From Gammaproteobacteria bacterium (GTDB lineage Bacteria > Pseudomonadota > Gammaproteobacteria > Eutrophobiales > Eutrophobiaceae): a stretch of 64,000 bases of DNA. This document shows positions 61,994 through 64,000 of this stretch, piece by piece. Under the pieces are notes generated by a model. It saw nothing but the letters and a program-made list of their open reading frames with translations, searched no databases and was not told where the DNA came from. The stretch is taken from NCBI GenBank assembly GCA_965222155.1, contig CBDCTH010000012.1:2848001-2912000 (forward strand), in the 5' to 3' direction. Numbering within the stretch: position 1 is the stretch's first letter; every line of letters begins with the position of its first letter. The translations under genes were made by a program, and so were the position numbers.

Positions 61994-62305
61994 TTACTTC
62001 CTGCCTGCCTTTTCTTCATGGCCGGATACGCCAAAGCGTCTTTCCAGTTCAGAGAAAACCTCAACCGGATGGATGTCCAGGTAGGACAGCAAAACCAGGG
62101 AATGGAACCACAAGTCAGCGGTTTCGTGTATGACATTGTGTGGTTTGCCGGCTGTCGCCGCTTCAGCGAGTTCACCTGACTCTTCATCGATTTTTTCCAG
62201 TATCCCCGCACTGCCTTTCGCATACAGGGCGGCAACGTAAGACGATTCCGGATCAGCTCCTTTCCGGTCAATCAACACATCCGCCAGTTCATTTATTATA
62301 TTCAT
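61994..62305 (-). CDS. hisE: Phosphoribosyl-ATP pyrophosphohydrolase
   Basis: [10 protein letters not shown]...[25 protein letters not shown]. Confidence 0.95.
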   Translation of the reverse strand: MNIINELADVLIDRKGADPESSYVAALYAKGSAGILEKIDEESGELAEAATAGKPHNVIHETADLWFHSLVLLSYLDIHPVEVFSELERRFGVSGHEEKAGRK

Positions 62306-62322
62306 TATTCAAGTGCTCCCCC

Positions 62323-62724
62323 CTACTTATTGTAGATTGCCGCGGGATCTTTAATTACCGGGTCGGTTTCCTCCCAGCCTGATTCCGTCTTTTGCAGGAA
62401 AAAACAACTTTCCCGGCCCGTATGGCAGGCGATTCCCCCGTGCTGGTCTACCCGCAACAGCAGCGTGTCATGATCGCAGTCCAGCCGTATTTCCCTGACT
62501 TCCTGGACGTGCCCCGATTGTTCTCCTTTGCGCCATAGCCTGCCCCTTGACCTGGACCAATAGACTGCGCGGCCTTCGGCGCAGGTGAGCTGCAGGGCTG
62601 TGCGGTTCATCCAGGCAAGCGTCAACACCCGACCGCTGGTATAGTCCTGGGTAATGGCCGGAATCAAACCGTCTGCGTTCCATTTGACTTGCTCCAACCA
62701 CTCCTCATCATGGGCCTGCGTCAT
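62323..62724 (-). CDS. hisI: Phosphoribosyl-AMP cyclohydrolase
   Basis: [28 protein letters not shown]. Confidence 0.96.
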   Translation of the reverse strand: MTQAHDEEWLEQVKWNADGLIPAITQDYTSGRVLTLAWMNRTALQLTCAEGRAVYWSRSRGRLWRKGEQSGHVQEVREIRLDCDHDTLLLRVDQHGGIACHTGRESCFFLQKTESGWEETDPVIKDPAAIYNK

Positions 62725-62727
62725 TAT

Positions 62728-63501
62728 CTAGCTCCTAACCTCTATGCCGTGTTCTGTCATTTTCTGTTTTGCCTGGGCCACCGTGTACTCACCGAAGTGG
62801 AAAATGCTGGCTGCCAGCACTGCGTCGGCCTTTCCCGCAATAATACCTTCAACCAGGTGGTCCAGCTTACCTACACCGCCGGATGCGATTACCGGTATAC
62901 TGACGGCGGTACTGACCGCCCTGGTCAGGGGCAGGTCAAAACCGTCCCTGGTGCCGTCCCGGTTCATACTTGTCAGGAGAATTTCCCCTGCGCCGTAACG
63001 AGTCATTTTTTCTGCCCAGGCAACGGCGTCAAGAGCGGTCTCCCGACGGCCTCCATGGGTAAAGACACGCCACTGCAACGGTTCGCCGGCAGCACTGACC
63101 TGTTTTGCGTCAAGCGCCACAACAATACACTGCGAACCGAATTCCCGGGTTGCTTCCCGGACAAATTCCGGGTTATTTACCGCGGCGGTATTGATGCTGA
63201 TTTTGTCCGCGCCGGCGTTCAACAAGCGCCGAATATCTTCCAGCGTACGGATGCCGCCCCCCACGGTCAACGGAATAAACACCTGGCCGGCAACGGCTTC
63301 CACAACGTGCAACATGGTATCTCTTTCCTCGTTGCTGGCCGTAATATCAAGAAAAGCCAATTCATCGGCGCCCTGTTCGTCGTAACAGCGCGCCACTTCC
63401 AGCGGATCGCCGGCATCCCTGATATCGACAAACCTCACCCCCTTGACAACCCGGCCGGCGTCCACATCCAGGCACGGAATAATACGTTTTGCAAGGCCCA
63501 T
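62728..63501 (-). CDS. hisF: Imidazole glycerol phosphate synthase subunit HisF
   Basis: [49 protein letters not shown]. Confidence 0.97.
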   Translation of the reverse strand: MGLAKRIIPCLDVDAGRVVKGVRFVDIRDAGDPLEVARCYDEQGADELAFLDITASNEERDTMLHVVEAVAGQVFIPLTVGGGIRTLEDIRRLLNAGADKISINTAAVNNPEFVREATREFGSQCIVVALDAKQVSAAGEPLQWRVFTHGGRRETALDAVAWAEKMTRYGAGEILLTSMNRDGTRDGFDLPLTRAVSTAVSIPVIASGGVGKLDHLVEGIIAGKADAVLAASIFHFGEYTVAQAKQKMTEHGIEVRS

Positions 63502-63606
63502 AATTACTCAAAAGATCAATGATAAGGGGAATTCACTATGGCGCCGGCTAAACCTGCATAACTTACCGATTGATACGCCGCGCGCGCCGGATTTTAGATC
63601 TGCGGG

Positions 63607-64000
63607 TCAAGTACCCTGATTTCCGCAAAGCTCCTCAACCAGGGCCAGGGCTTCTTTAAGGTCAAGGCTTCCCTCGTAAATGGCGCGCCCGGTAATGGCG
63701 CCGGCAATGCCCTCGGCGGCAACATTGCATAAGGCTTTTATATCTTCCAGGTCTTTGATTCCGCCTGAGGCAATGACCGGGATCGTTACTTCCCTGGCAA
63801 GTTGCACACTGGTTTCTATATTGACCCTGTTCATCATACCGTCACGGCCGATGTCAGTGAAAATGATCGCGGACACGCCGTCCTGTTCGAACCGTTGGGC
63901 TATATCGATAACATCATGGTGAGACAGTTTGGACCAGCCGTTTGTGGCCAGCTTGCCGTTTTTTGCATCGAGGCCGACAATAACATGGCCGGGAAATTCA
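63607..64000 (-). CDS. hisA: HisA isomerase, 3' part (start outside window)
   Basis: VGLDAK.G...[32 protein letters not shown]. Confidence 0.93.
   Translation of the reverse strand, partial: EFPGHVIVGLDAKNGKLATNGWSKLSHHDVIDIAQRFEQDGVSAIIFTDIGRDGMMNRVNIETSVQLAREVTIPVIASGGIKDLEDIKALCNVAAEGIAGAITGRAIYEGSLDLKEALALVEELCGNQGT

Noticed and set aside
61684-62271. 195-aa ORF spanning hisE and the repeat region
   Set aside because: Alternate frame of hisE reading through palindromic repeats; no coding signature.
33155-63922. Many overlapping and antisense ORFs in the six-frame track (e.g. 35256-35903, 51071-51937, 56003-56782, 62689-63522)
   Set aside because: Shadow frames of well-supported core genes in GC-rich DNA, with no independent motifs.
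1-64000. CRISPR array, tRNA or rRNA genes
   Set aside because: No regularly spaced repeat-spacer array and no tRNA- or rRNA-like sequence recognised by eye.

Overview
Gammaproteobacterial chromosomal window. Core blocks: a Pho-regulon/polyphosphate cluster (oprP-like porin, djlA, sixA, ppx ... ppk1, phoU, pstBACS, phoR, phoB), the dnaA/rpmH-rnpA-yidD-yidC-mnmE region, LPS-type glycosyltransferases with ilvE and pyrF, tatABC and hisAFIE. Three accessory regions: (1) 1-10.8 kb, a decayed IS5 containing a decayed group II intron, a truncated TcmP gene, HigBA, a 1804-aa DUF1998 helicase-nuclease and a HicAB-like pair; (2) 15.8-33.1 kb, a defence island between the convergent ppx and ppk1 genes with dndCDE-pbeABCD (DNA phosphorothioation) plus a coupled gene that mimics RNA polymerase alpha-CTD and sigma region 4, an IS1634, a PD-(D/E)XK nuclease, toxin-antitoxin relics and a DGQHR + CapRel-like toxSAS pair; (3) 57.5-59.0 kb, a BglII/BstYI-like restriction-modification pair. 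Best candidates for undescribed biology: the alphaCTD-sigma4 protein in the Dnd-Pbe operon, the DGQHR-CapRel-like two-gene module, a gap-free duplicate of the ppx 3' end that brackets the Dnd-Pbe cassette, and nested MITEs, one of them inserted in frame in yidD. All family calls come from motif recognition by eye; no database searches were run.
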